A stretch of 64,000 bases of DNA from a virus: the IMG/VR virus record IMGVR_UViG_3300047560_001714, positions 96,001 through 160,000 of that record. One strand, 5' to 3'. The notes below the pieces were generated by a model that was not told where the DNA came from, did not search any database, and saw only the letters and a list, made by a program, of their open reading frames with translations. Positions 8,264-18,087 of this stretch are shown here, piece after piece. A program made the position numbers and the translations under genes. The first letter of the stretch is position 1; the number at the start of each line of letters is the position of its first letter.

Positions 8264-9076
8264 ATGAGAAAAAGTTATTGGTCATGTTCAGAGTTTGCTG
8301 ATTGGTTGCGTGGAACTAAAAAGTTACCGTATGGTACAAGCGATGAATGGGATGATTGGGATTCTTTAGCAAAAGCAAATAATCAAATTAGATTTTGGCT
8401 GGCTGAAACCGCATTGGACAAACTACAGGATATTATAATGTGGCCGATTGACACAATTTATAATATCAAATATTATTGTGTAAACCGATGGGTAACCAAA
8501 ACACACCAACTTACAGCTGCGCCGCAGGACATTAAACCAGGTGAATGGTGTGATGTAGGTAATAGGTTTTTGCCTTGTTTATTCAACGAATTAGTCAATT
8601 TTGTTGAGGTTGAGCAAGCGTGGCATCATATTGCGTGGGATGAGGATGCTAGTAAAAAATACGAGGCACCATTCAATGCTAGTGGATATTTTAATACTCG
8701 AACTTGGAGATGTCCGGAAGCTGGGTTAGAATATTTAGACTGGGCAAGTGAATTAAGATACGATGCCAATATAATGGCATCTGATCATCCTAAGTTTGGC
8801 CATCTTACTGACCAAGCATTAGCGGCACGTGAGATTAGAGAACTTTACTACTGGTGGAAAGTGCAACGCCCACAGCGGGTTGACCCATATGATGCCAGTG
8901 GGTTTAATGAGTTAATTGACCAGGATGCAAAATTTTTTACATCTTTGAAAAACATGGATAAAGACAAATCTAAAAAAGCTAATGAAATGATACGAGATTT
9001 GGAAGAACTTTACGAAAATGAGGATGAAGAAATGATGATTAGGCTAATAAAAATTAGGCAAGGATTGTGGACATGA
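8264..9076 (+). CDS. Trp-rich hypothetical protein
   Basis: SD AGGAG; 270-aa ORF overlapping the first radical SAM gene. Confidence 0.75.
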   Translation: MRKSYWSCSEFADWLRGTKKLPYGTSDEWDDWDSLAKANNQIRFWLAETALDKLQDIIMWPIDTIYNIKYYCVNRWVTKTHQLTAAPQDIKPGEWCDVGNRFLPCLFNELVNFVEVEQAWHHIAWDEDASKKYEAPFNASGYFNTRTWRCPEAGLEYLDWASELRYDANIMASDHPKFGHLTDQALAAREIRELYYWWKVQRPQRVDPYDASGFNELIDQDAKFFTSLKNMDKDKSKKANEMIRDLEELYENEDEEMMIRLIKIRQGLWT

Positions 9077-10446
9077 CTAATGAAGAAAGAATTAGAATTT
9101 TAGACGAAAAGCGAGAAAAAATCGATGAAATAAGTCCTAGTTTTTGCACAGCAAAATGGTTGCAAACAACTTTATATCTACAAAACGGGTATAACCATAG
9201 TTGCCACCATCCTAGTCCTCATAAGATTCCACTTGCTGAAATTAAAATAGATCCTGCGTCATTGCACAATAGCTCTTTTAAAAAGTCGCAACGTGTTATG
9301 ATGAAGCAAGGTCAACGACCGCCTGAATGTGAATATTGTTGGAAAATTGAAGACCTTAATAAAAATTATTTTTCTGACAGGCATTATAAAACATCTGATA
9401 CGTGGGCATGGCCCCGATTTGATGAAATTGCCGCATCTGATCCTACCATTAACGTATTTCCGAGTTACCTTGAAGTTAGTTTTAGTAATGCATGTAACTT
9501 TGCATGTGCGTACTGTTCTCCAGAAATAAGCAGTAAATGGATGGAAGACATAGTTGAGTACGGCCAATATCCAACTGAACATAGCAGTCATAGTCTAAGT
9601 TATTTAGAGAGTGTCGGTAAGATGCCGTATAAAAACAATGAAGAGAATCCATATGTAGATGCATTTTGGCAATGGTTCCCAGAAGCGTTACCTAACTTAA
9701 AAGTTCTTCGAATCACTGGTGGCGAGCCCACTATGGCAAAATCAATGTGGCGATTGTTAGATTACCTAATTGAGAATCCAAATTTAGATCTAAATATTGC
9801 GATTAACACAAATGCATGTGTTGACAATAAACTGATTGATAAACTAATCGAAAAGATCAACAAATTAACAGAGATTGGGATATCTGTTGATATATACACA
9901 AGTCTAGAAAGTATTGGTGAGCAAGCCGAATATGTGAGAGATGGGTTATCATACGATCAATGGTGTAGGAATGTACATCGTTTTCTCTCCGAAACTTCGT
10001 CAACAGTTTCATTAATGACAACTATTAATATATTGAGTCTTCCGACTTTTACGAAGTTCATCTCATTAATTATGGAATTTCGTAAAATTTACAATAAAGA
10101 TTTTGCATACAATCGAATCCCATTAAGTATAAATTACTTACGGTGGCCACCGCATTTGCAAGCAACGCTGTTGGATCAAGATACTAGGACAACTTATGCA
10201 ACTGAAATTGAAGAGTTTTGCGAACAATGGTTGAAATACTATAGTCCAGAACTTTATGCAAGAATTTACCTTGAAGAGTTTGATCAAATAAAAAGATTCT
10301 GTGATTATTTAAGAACATCCGTCACTGAATTAAATTACAGAAAAGACTTTGTGAACTATATAAATACATACGATTTTCGACGAGGAAAAAATTTCGCAGA
10401 ATGTTTTCCAGAATATAAAAACTTATTAGAGAAGTGGAATGCCTAA
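9073..10446 (+). CDS. N-terminal Twitch-domain radical SAM protein 1
   Basis: N-terminal FCTAKW...SCHHP...CEYC; CNFACAYC; ITGGEP. Confidence 0.92.
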   Translation: MTNEERIRILDEKREKIDEISPSFCTAKWLQTTLYLQNGYNHSCHHPSPHKIPLAEIKIDPASLHNSSFKKSQRVMMKQGQRPPECEYCWKIEDLNKNYFSDRHYKTSDTWAWPRFDEIAASDPTINVFPSYLEVSFSNACNFACAYCSPEISSKWMEDIVEYGQYPTEHSSHSLSYLESVGKMPYKNNEENPYVDAFWQWFPEALPNLKVLRITGGEPTMAKSMWRLLDYLIENPNLDLNIAINTNACVDNKLIDKLIEKINKLTEIGISVDIYTSLESIGEQAEYVRDGLSYDQWCRNVHRFLSETSSTVSLMTTINILSLPTFTKFISLIMEFRKIYNKDFAYNRIPLSINYLRWPPHLQATLLDQDTRTTYATEIEEFCEQWLKYYSPELYARIYLEEFDQIKRFCDYLRTSVTELNYRKDFVNYINTYDFRRGKNFAECFPEYKNLLEKWNA

Positions 10447-11890
10447 AAAACCAGAAGAAAGTTTAAAACAATACCGAATTCGTGTATTAGATAGCAAGAG
10501 CAATAGCTTTTGTGGTGCAAAGTGGTTTAATGCAACCACATGGTTAGGTAGCGGAACAACTGCTAGTTGTCATCACCCTCCTGCACACACTATTCCAATA
10601 TCCGAAGTAAACGAAAATTTTACAGCGATACATAACACCTCTCATAAAAAAGCAATGCGTCGAATGATGCAAGAAGGTGAAAGACCTCGTGAATGCGAAT
10701 ATTGCTGGAAGATGGAAGACATGGGTAAAGATGCTGTGAGTGATCGTGTTTTCAAAAGCATAATTTACACAGACGAAGAACTTGATATCGCATATAATAC
10801 ACATCAAGATGAAAACGTGCAACTTAAAACATTTGAAATCGCATTCGACCGAGTATGTAATTTAGCATGTTCGTATTGTAATGCATCTTTTTCAACTACA
10901 TGGGCTAAGGACATTAAAAACAATGGTCCTTATCAGAACTTAGTCAGTGACGGTGCAGGCGCGTATCATCATGCTGGAGATTGGGCTCAACCGTTTAAGG
11001 ATGATCAAGAAAATCCATACATACAAGCATTTTGGAAGTGGTGGGACAATGGTCTTTCGGACAGTTTGCAAGAACTAAGAATTACTGGCGGCGAACCTCT
11101 AATGAGTGGAAATACGTGGAAGTTAATGGATTGGTTCGAATCACAGAACTCAGATATTCGATTTGCGATTAATACCAACCTAATTGCAAAAAAAGATATT
11201 ATTGACGCACTAATAGATAAATCGCATAATATTAAGAATTTTGATTTATATACTAGCTGCGAATCAGTTGGTGCTCATGCTGAGTATATCCGAGATGGAT
11301 TAGATTACAATCTATGGTTAGCAAACTTGACTAGAGTTTTAACTGAAGCTCGTTATCATGAGGTAAATGTAATGATGACCATTAATAGTCTTTGCTTGTT
11401 TAGCATTACTGACTTTTTAGATGAAATTTATAAATTAAAAGAATTAACACAAAGTAAAAGTCCTGCTGTTAGTTTAAACTTACTTAGATTTCCTAGTTTT
11501 CAAAGTCCTCTCGCATTACCAACACACATAAAAGATGTATTGCATAAAAATCTTTCAGAATGGTACGAACAGAAAAAATCATTGCCGTATTGGGATACCT
11601 TTGAAAAAACAAATATTGAACGGTTAATCGATTACTTAATCACGGTTGATGCTCCACACCGCCGCACAAGTAATTCAATTACATTATGGAGAGATTTTAA
11701 AACATTCTATAAACAATACGATGTCCGTAGAAACAAAGATATAAATGTTTTCCCTCCGATATTAACCGAGTGGATTGAAAGTATTCCGGATACTGATTCT
11801 GCTATTCAAGAATTAGCTGAGAAAGAAGGTTGGATATTAACACCTGATAACAAAAATATAGATAACCCAACGGCAACATATGACAAATAA
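10439..11890 (+). CDS. N-terminal Twitch-domain radical SAM protein 2
   Basis: FCGAKW...SCHHP...CEYC; CNLACSYC; ITGGEP. Confidence 0.92.
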   Translation: MPKKPEESLKQYRIRVLDSKSNSFCGAKWFNATTWLGSGTTASCHHPPAHTIPISEVNENFTAIHNTSHKKAMRRMMQEGERPRECEYCWKMEDMGKDAVSDRVFKSIIYTDEELDIAYNTHQDENVQLKTFEIAFDRVCNLACSYCNASFSTTWAKDIKNNGPYQNLVSDGAGAYHHAGDWAQPFKDDQENPYIQAFWKWWDNGLSDSLQELRITGGEPLMSGNTWKLMDWFESQNSDIRFAINTNLIAKKDIIDALIDKSHNIKNFDLYTSCESVGAHAEYIRDGLDYNLWLANLTRVLTEARYHEVNVMMTINSLCLFSITDFLDEIYKLKELTQSKSPAVSLNLLRFPSFQSPLALPTHIKDVLHKNLSEWYEQKKSLPYWDTFEKTNIERLIDYLITVDAPHRRTSNSITLWRDFKTFYKQYDVRRNKDINVFPPILTEWIESIPDTDSAIQELAEKEGWILTPDNKNIDNPTATYDK

Positions 11891-13202
11891 AATCGGAAAA
11901 TATTTTTGTGTTGCTCCATGGACTCATACATATCTAAGTCCACAAAGTGAACGCCGTATATGTTGCGCAAGTCGGGAACCAGCAGCATGGCAACGGCAAT
12001 ACATAGATTCGAAAGGTACAGACTGCGATACATACTCTCCAAAAACTCTTGAAGAACATTGGAATAGCGAACACATGAAAAGTGTTCGCAAACGAATTCT
12101 AGCAGGGGAAAAAATCCCAGAATGTCAAGTATGCAATGATCAGTTACTAAACCTTCATACTTATAGACAATATTTTACAGATTCTTTATTTCCTCATAAA
12201 ATAGAAGATATTATAAATTCTACCGACGAAACCGGCTATACGACAATGAATCCGATTAGTTTTGATTATAGAATTTATAACTTATGTAATTTTAAATGTC
12301 GTATGTGTGGAGAACAGCTATCTAGTTCTTGGGAATCAGAAAAACGCCAGATGAATAACTGGAGTTCAATTCACGACAAGTGGATGATTTTAGAAAATAA
12401 ACAGTTAATCCAGGAGTTCCAGCAAGGAGTTGCTGAACAAGAATTATGGAAAAGTGTTAAAAATCATACTATAGAAGAAATTTATTGGGTAGGCGGTGAA
12501 CCATTGATGTACAACATTCACTGGGATGTTATGAACTACTTAGTCAAATCAGGGCATAGCAAGAACGTGGTTGTTAGATATAATACTAATTTAAGTCGTA
12601 CTAGTTATAAAGATAACAATTTATATGATTTACTAACTCATTTTAAGAGGGTGAATATATGTGCAAGCATAGATGCAACAAAAGAGATTGGAGAATGGAT
12701 ACGAACCGGTCTTAACTGGAACGAATGGCTCGACAACTTTAAATCCGGTATTTTTTTAAATGAAAAATATGGAATGGACGCAATGGTGTTAGATGTAACA
12801 TTAACATTACCTGGTTTACTAGGAATCAAGGATATGATCGATTTAGCGGTGGAATTAAATGTTAAAAGTTACGTGAAGATTACATTTGATTTTGATTCTA
12901 GTGCAATTATGAGTCCAATGTGTTTACCTAAAGAAATTTTAAATGAAATTTGTAATGATTTAATCGAATACGAAACCCAACATGGAAATTTATTAACTAG
13001 AATCTATAGTCAAACGTTCCGAGATATGCTGAATCGACCGACTTTTGAGGATAAATATCCTGATTATAGACAAGGACTAATTAAAGGTAAGGAACGATAC
13101 AAAAATATCGCAGAATTTAGGAAAGACGGCCAAATAGCTGTGACAATAGAAGATATCTTCAAAAAAAATAACAAAATTTTTAATTGGTGGAATTCTATAT
13201 GA
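11880..13202 (+). CDS. N-terminal Twitch-domain radical SAM protein 3
   Basis: CVAPW...ICC...CQVC; CNFKCRMC; VGGEP. Confidence 0.92.
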   Translation: MTNKIGKYFCVAPWTHTYLSPQSERRICCASREPAAWQRQYIDSKGTDCDTYSPKTLEEHWNSEHMKSVRKRILAGEKIPECQVCNDQLLNLHTYRQYFTDSLFPHKIEDIINSTDETGYTTMNPISFDYRIYNLCNFKCRMCGEQLSSSWESEKRQMNNWSSIHDKWMILENKQLIQEFQQGVAEQELWKSVKNHTIEEIYWVGGEPLMYNIHWDVMNYLVKSGHSKNVVVRYNTNLSRTSYKDNNLYDLLTHFKRVNICASIDATKEIGEWIRTGLNWNEWLDNFKSGIFLNEKYGMDAMVLDVTLTLPGLLGIKDMIDLAVELNVKSYVKITFDFDSSAIMSPMCLPKEILNEICNDLIEYETQHGNLLTRIYSQTFRDMLNRPTFEDKYPDYRQGLIKGKERYKNIAEFRKDGQIAVTIEDIFKKNNKIFNWWNSI

Positions 13203-14356
13203 GTACCTTATGTCCTCTACCGTGGATACATTTAGCAAGTCACCCAGAAGGAAAGGTTACACTATGTTGTATTAGTGAACATGCTTGTAATATGAGTGCT
13301 GCTCGAACAAACGGCGAGACCTTAAATTTAAACAAACACTCTGTATTTGAAATTGTAAATAACGATTACTTTAAAAAAACAAGACTAGAAATGTTAGCCG
13401 GAGTCAAACCTACCGCGTGTTCTCGATGTTATCGAGAGGAAGAGTTAACCGGAAAAAGTAAGCGATTATCCGAAAAATTAAAATTTAGTGTCGATTATTC
13501 AACTAATACAGACGGATCTATTATTCCTAATTTAAAATTTATCGAACTTCGACTAGGTAACCTATGTAACGTTAAATGCAGAACATGCAATCCTGCATCT
13601 AGCACACAGTGGATACAAGAATATAATAAATTACAACAGGAATTAAATTTTGTAGCAAACTATGACACTAAGATTAATACAGATTGGACACAAAGTGACA
13701 AGTTTTGGGATGATTTATTAGAAAATAGTAAGGACATAGAATTAATTTATATTAACGGTGGGGAGCCCACGTTAGTTGAGAAACATTGGACTTATCTTGA
13801 AAGATTGATCGACGCAAATTTAAATGAACAAGTTACTCTTTGGTATAACATTAATATGACAAATGTACCAGACAATCTTGTTAATATCTGGAGACAATTT
13901 AAGAAAGTTATTGTTCACGGGTCAATCGACGATATTAACGAACGCAACTCATATATTAGAAAAGGTACTAATTGGAATTCTGTAGAATCTAACTTAATTA
14001 AGTTAAAATCTTTAGATTGGATCGAGTTGCATGTCACTCAAACCGTCAGTTGGTTAAACATTTACTATGTTCCCGAATTTAATGATTATTTTGAATCACA
14101 CCAGATAAATACGCATATTAATTTAGTCTATGATCCGATTTTTTTAAGCCCATTTGTAATTCCAAATTATGCTAAAGAAGAATTATTTAAAAAATTTAGT
14201 GGAACAAAATTTAACTGGCTTATACCGTTAATTAAGACAGGAGAAGACTTAGAAATATTCAAGCAAGGCGTTGAATATAACAGATGGTTAGACCGATCAA
14301 GAAACGAAAATTTTCAAACACATTTTTCCGAATGGACAACTATTTTAAGGATATAA
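13199..14356 (+). CDS. N-terminal Twitch-domain radical SAM protein 4
   Basis: CPLPW...LCC...CSRC; CNVKCRTC; NGGEP. Confidence 0.92.
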   Translation: MSTLCPLPWIHLASHPEGKVTLCCISEHACNMSAARTNGETLNLNKHSVFEIVNNDYFKKTRLEMLAGVKPTACSRCYREEELTGKSKRLSEKLKFSVDYSTNTDGSIIPNLKFIELRLGNLCNVKCRTCNPASSTQWIQEYNKLQQELNFVANYDTKINTDWTQSDKFWDDLLENSKDIELIYINGGEPTLVEKHWTYLERLIDANLNEQVTLWYNINMTNVPDNLVNIWRQFKKVIVHGSIDDINERNSYIRKGTNWNSVESNLIKLKSLDWIELHVTQTVSWLNIYYVPEFNDYFESHQINTHINLVYDPIFLSPFVIPNYAKEELFKKFSGTKFNWLIPLIKTGEDLEIFKQGVEYNRWLDRSRNENFQTHFSEWTTILRI

Positions 14357-14357
14357 C

Positions 14358-15215
14358 ATGACACAATGCCCCAATAACGACACCCTCTCTGAATTAAAAC
14401 TAAGGAGTCCATTACTAGCGAAAACTCCATCAGACATACTGTATTACAGTAACATGCAAAATCGAGCCGAATTAGCTCAAGGTTTCCCACCACCGGGATT
14501 TCACACGTTTATAAACACACAAGAAAAAAACAGAAGTAATAGTAACTGGGAAGAGCCATTCTCGTATTATATCAATGAGCTCGGCTTTAGAGGTAATTAT
14601 CCCCGAACTGATATAAAAAATATTATAGGATTTTTTGGATGTAGTTGTACATTTGGTGAAGGATTGCCAGAAACTAGGCTCTTTTCATCTATTGTCGGAT
14701 CACACAGAAATTATCCGATACTTAATTTAGGAATGCCAGGTACTGGATGTCATCGAATTGCCATGACTTTTTCGGCTGCTGCAAACATATGGAAAATAGA
14801 TACTGCTATAGTAACATTACCGAATTACAGCCGATTTAATTATGTATCTAAATACAATTTAATGTATTCGATTTTACCAGCACATCCTACTATGCCCGAT
14901 GAAGCTGAAACTGTTAGGCTTGACCTTGTTAAACATTTTAGTGAAGAATATTTTATATCTGCGGCTAAAGATGCGATTACATGGATCGTTACAACTGCAC
15001 GTCAGAAAAAGATTAAACTCATCTTAGGTTCTTGGGATCCGCATACATTAAAAATAATCGAAACTGTAACTGAATACAACCCACCCTTTTTTAATATGTA
15101 CCCTATAGGTTCTACACCTGCTAGAGATACGATTCATCCAGGAACTGCGGCTAACCGGATGTATGCAGAAACGCTAATAAATTACATGGATAACACCAAC
15201 TATGTGCAGACCTGA
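14358..15215 (+). CDS. SGNH-hydrolase-like protein
   Basis: FFGCSCTFG (block I), NLGMPG (II), RDTIHPG (V, DxxH). Confidence 0.7.
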   Translation: MTQCPNNDTLSELKLRSPLLAKTPSDILYYSNMQNRAELAQGFPPPGFHTFINTQEKNRSNSNWEEPFSYYINELGFRGNYPRTDIKNIIGFFGCSCTFGEGLPETRLFSSIVGSHRNYPILNLGMPGTGCHRIAMTFSAAANIWKIDTAIVTLPNYSRFNYVSKYNLMYSILPAHPTMPDEAETVRLDLVKHFSEEYFISAAKDAITWIVTTARQKKIKLILGSWDPHTLKIIETVTEYNPPFFNMYPIGSTPARDTIHPGTAANRMYAETLINYMDNTNYVQT

Positions 15216-16020
15216 TAAAATAAGTATCGCTATAATTACATTTCATAATGACTTTGAGTTGCTAAAAAAATTATTAAATTCAATATATGCTTACTGGGAC
15301 CCGGTAGAAATAGATTCTATTAAAATTGTATTAAATGACGGTCCTGAATATTACTCTCAATTTAATGAGTTAATCGACGAGGTCACGGTTCCTGACTTTA
15401 AAATAGATAAAGTATTCCATTATGAATTAGCACCAAAAGTATTTTTGTTAAATTGGACTAGCCAACAATTATTTAAATGTGTAATATCTAAAAAAATTAC
15501 AACAGAATGGTATTTAATAAACGATTGTAAAGATACTTATAATGCTCCTACCGGAATTACCGATTGCTTTACTCAAGACGGAAAAGCTATAATGCATCTC
15601 GATCACAATCGGTATACCGATCAAAATGAACCAATGACTCATTGGGGGTTTGGACCGTTTAGTTCGGCATTTCGAAACTCGTGTCTTCTTTTTAATGTTG
15701 ACCCCGAAGATTGTAAAAATTATCACTTACCATTTTTAACTCCGTTTTTAGTTAAAACATCTATGATGCAAGATATGGTACAAGATGTTAAAAGTATGAT
15801 GCAAGGAATGTTTCCGTTTTTATTTGCGATAAATCTTGACGGTGCGTTCTTTGTAACTGAATTTTTACTATACAACGCATATTGTTATTCAAAAAACAAA
15901 TTAACTGATTATGCCGACTGGGAGATAAATTATCGAAAATTTTTTAGTTCGGTGAGCCAATCTATTGAACAACGGAGTACAACTGGGGTTAGGATTATGG
16001 ATTTTTCTAGAAATGAGTAA
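15202..16020 (+). CDS. putative GT-A fold nucleotide-sugar transferase (DUF6492-like)
   Basis: IAIITFHNDF N-terminal strand; WTSQQLFK...WYLINDCKD; TPFLV. Confidence 0.55.
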   Translation: MCRPDKISIAIITFHNDFELLKKLLNSIYAYWDPVEIDSIKIVLNDGPEYYSQFNELIDEVTVPDFKIDKVFHYELAPKVFLLNWTSQQLFKCVISKKITTEWYLINDCKDTYNAPTGITDCFTQDGKAIMHLDHNRYTDQNEPMTHWGFGPFSSAFRNSCLLFNVDPEDCKNYHLPFLTPFLVKTSMMQDMVQDVKSMMQGMFPFLFAINLDGAFFVTEFLLYNAYCYSKNKLTDYADWEINYRKFFSSVSQSIEQRSTTGVRIMDFSRNE

Positions 16021-16816
16021 ACTTTTATTAAATCAACTGCAACCATCAAAAATACAAATCACTGACTTGTACATTTTAAATCATTTTGTGCATTGTTATT
16101 CACGCATGAATAATTTATTGGGTAAATCTTATTCAACTCGTGAATTGCTTCTTAGCGAGCCAAATGCAGTAAACGATCCTTGGGAGTATCGAATAAATCA
16201 ATATGGATATCGCGGCGACGATTGGGAATTCACATCGCCAACCATACCATTTTTTGGATGTAGCTTTGTATTTGGAATTGGTGTAAACATTCCGGTTTCT
16301 GAATTAGTTCAATCTCGTATTAACGTGCCATGTTATAATTTAGGTCAACCAGGTGCAAATATTCTTAATATTTTAAAAACATTTATATCATTTAATAATA
16401 TATTTCCGACTACGTATGCTATTATTGTATTACCTGGATTTCACAGACTTCATTTACCTAAATATAACGATATAACTAGAGAATGGGAATATCATAATAT
16501 CCATCCCATGCATGGGAGACTATTCGATGAATCAATAAGAATTATTACATCGGATGTTATATTAACATACGTTATTGATTACATAGATTGGGCATCTGCA
16601 CAAGCCCAAAAGTCTAATACAACAATTCTTTGGTCGGCATGGGATTCTGAAGTATTTGAACTGTTATGTGAGTTGTTTCCAAAAGAATATGTTTTTGACC
16701 CACCAAACCAAGTTGATTACGGACGAGACGCCGGACACTATGGACCAATTACTGTAAAGAACTGGGCAGATATTATATGTAATAAGTATCAGACACAACC
16801 ACCTGAATCAATATGA
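16013..16816 (+). CDS. SGNH-hydrolase-like protein (paralog of 14358)
   Basis: FFGCSFVFG, NLGQPG, RDAGHYG. Confidence 0.7.
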   Translation: MSKLLLNQLQPSKIQITDLYILNHFVHCYSRMNNLLGKSYSTRELLLSEPNAVNDPWEYRINQYGYRGDDWEFTSPTIPFFGCSFVFGIGVNIPVSELVQSRINVPCYNLGQPGANILNILKTFISFNNIFPTTYAIIVLPGFHRLHLPKYNDITREWEYHNIHPMHGRLFDESIRIITSDVILTYVIDYIDWASAQAQKSNTTILWSAWDSEVFELLCELFPKEYVFDPPNQVDYGRDAGHYGPITVKNWADIICNKYQTQPPESI

Positions 16817-18087
16817 CTATACAAATTAACTCAATTAAAACATTTAAAAAAACAGTTTGTCCAATACCTTGGATGCATTTAGCATTCGAACCAAGTGGTA
16901 AAGTTATTCCTTGTTGTTTAACCTCAGTTCATAATTACTTTGCTGGAGACCTCACCACTCAATCTATTGATGAAATCTGGAATAGTGATAATATGAAACA
17001 ACTTCGCAAACAGATGATTAATGGTGTTAAACCAGATGTATGTCGTAAATGTTTTGAACGGGAAGCAGTTACGGGTGAAAGTAGTAGAATACATCATGAA
17101 AGATATTTCCCAGATGTAATTGAACGCATACCAGAAATTACACTAGAAGATGGAACTTGTACTGAAATGAAACTTAAATATTGGGACTTTCGTTTTAGTA
17201 ACTTATGCAATTTCAAATGTCGTAGTTGTTGTGCCAGATACAGTTCATCTTGGGTACCAGATGCAAAAAAACTTGGATTAATTAATGAACAAGAAAAAGT
17301 ATGGTATATACAATCAGTCAATGAACGCGCAAATTTTGATTTTCTAGCAGAACAAGTGAAATATGTTGAAAAGATTTACTTTGCCGGTGGTGAGCCATTA
17401 TTAATGGATGAACATTGGCAAATATTAGACATGTTAACTGAAAATAAACGGTTTGATGTGACTTTAAATTATAATACTAACTGTTCGACATTAACTCATA
17501 ACAACAAAAATGTGATTGATTATTGGAAACAATGGGATTTTGGTAAAATAGAAATATGGGCTAGCATTGATGAAATTGGTGAACGTGCTGAGTTAATTCG
17601 TTCTGGTACTGTTTGGAGTAAGGTTGAAGAAAATCTTAAAGAATTAACAAAGTATGATAACATAATTGTAAAACCAGGTATTACCGTTGGCGCTTGGAAT
17701 GTTTCTAGACTACCAGAAATAATCACCTATTTAAATGAACTAGGTGTACTAAGAGAAAAACTTTATTATAGTAATTTTTTTATAAATTTAATAGAACACC
17801 CAACATATTATCATGTTCACATTCTCCCAGCAGATACTAGAAAAGATATTGTGAATAAACTGGAATCATTTATCCTGGATTATAACACCAACTATAATAC
17901 TAATATTACTAACTTATTTACACATATAATTCATGAATTAAAAAAACCACAATCGTTCAACGATACTAAGAGATTTGTATCTCTTACTGACAAACTTGAC
18001 AATATACGAGATGAAGATTTGTATAAAATAATACCAGAAATGCAAGTATTACTTCCACAGATTGAACCACCAAACAATGACATCTAA
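16813..18087 (+). CDS. N-terminal Twitch-domain radical SAM protein 5
   Basis: CPIPW...PCC...CRKC; CNFKCRSC; FAGGEP. Confidence 0.92.
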   Translation: MTIQINSIKTFKKTVCPIPWMHLAFEPSGKVIPCCLTSVHNYFAGDLTTQSIDEIWNSDNMKQLRKQMINGVKPDVCRKCFEREAVTGESSRIHHERYFPDVIERIPEITLEDGTCTEMKLKYWDFRFSNLCNFKCRSCCARYSSSWVPDAKKLGLINEQEKVWYIQSVNERANFDFLAEQVKYVEKIYFAGGEPLLMDEHWQILDMLTENKRFDVTLNYNTNCSTLTHNNKNVIDYWKQWDFGKIEIWASIDEIGERAELIRSGTVWSKVEENLKELTKYDNIIVKPGITVGAWNVSRLPEIITYLNELGVLREKLYYSNFFINLIEHPTYYHVHILPADTRKDIVNKLESFILDYNTNYNTNITNLFTHIIHELKKPQSFNDTKRFVSLTDKLDNIRDEDLYKIIPEMQVLLPQIEPPNNDI

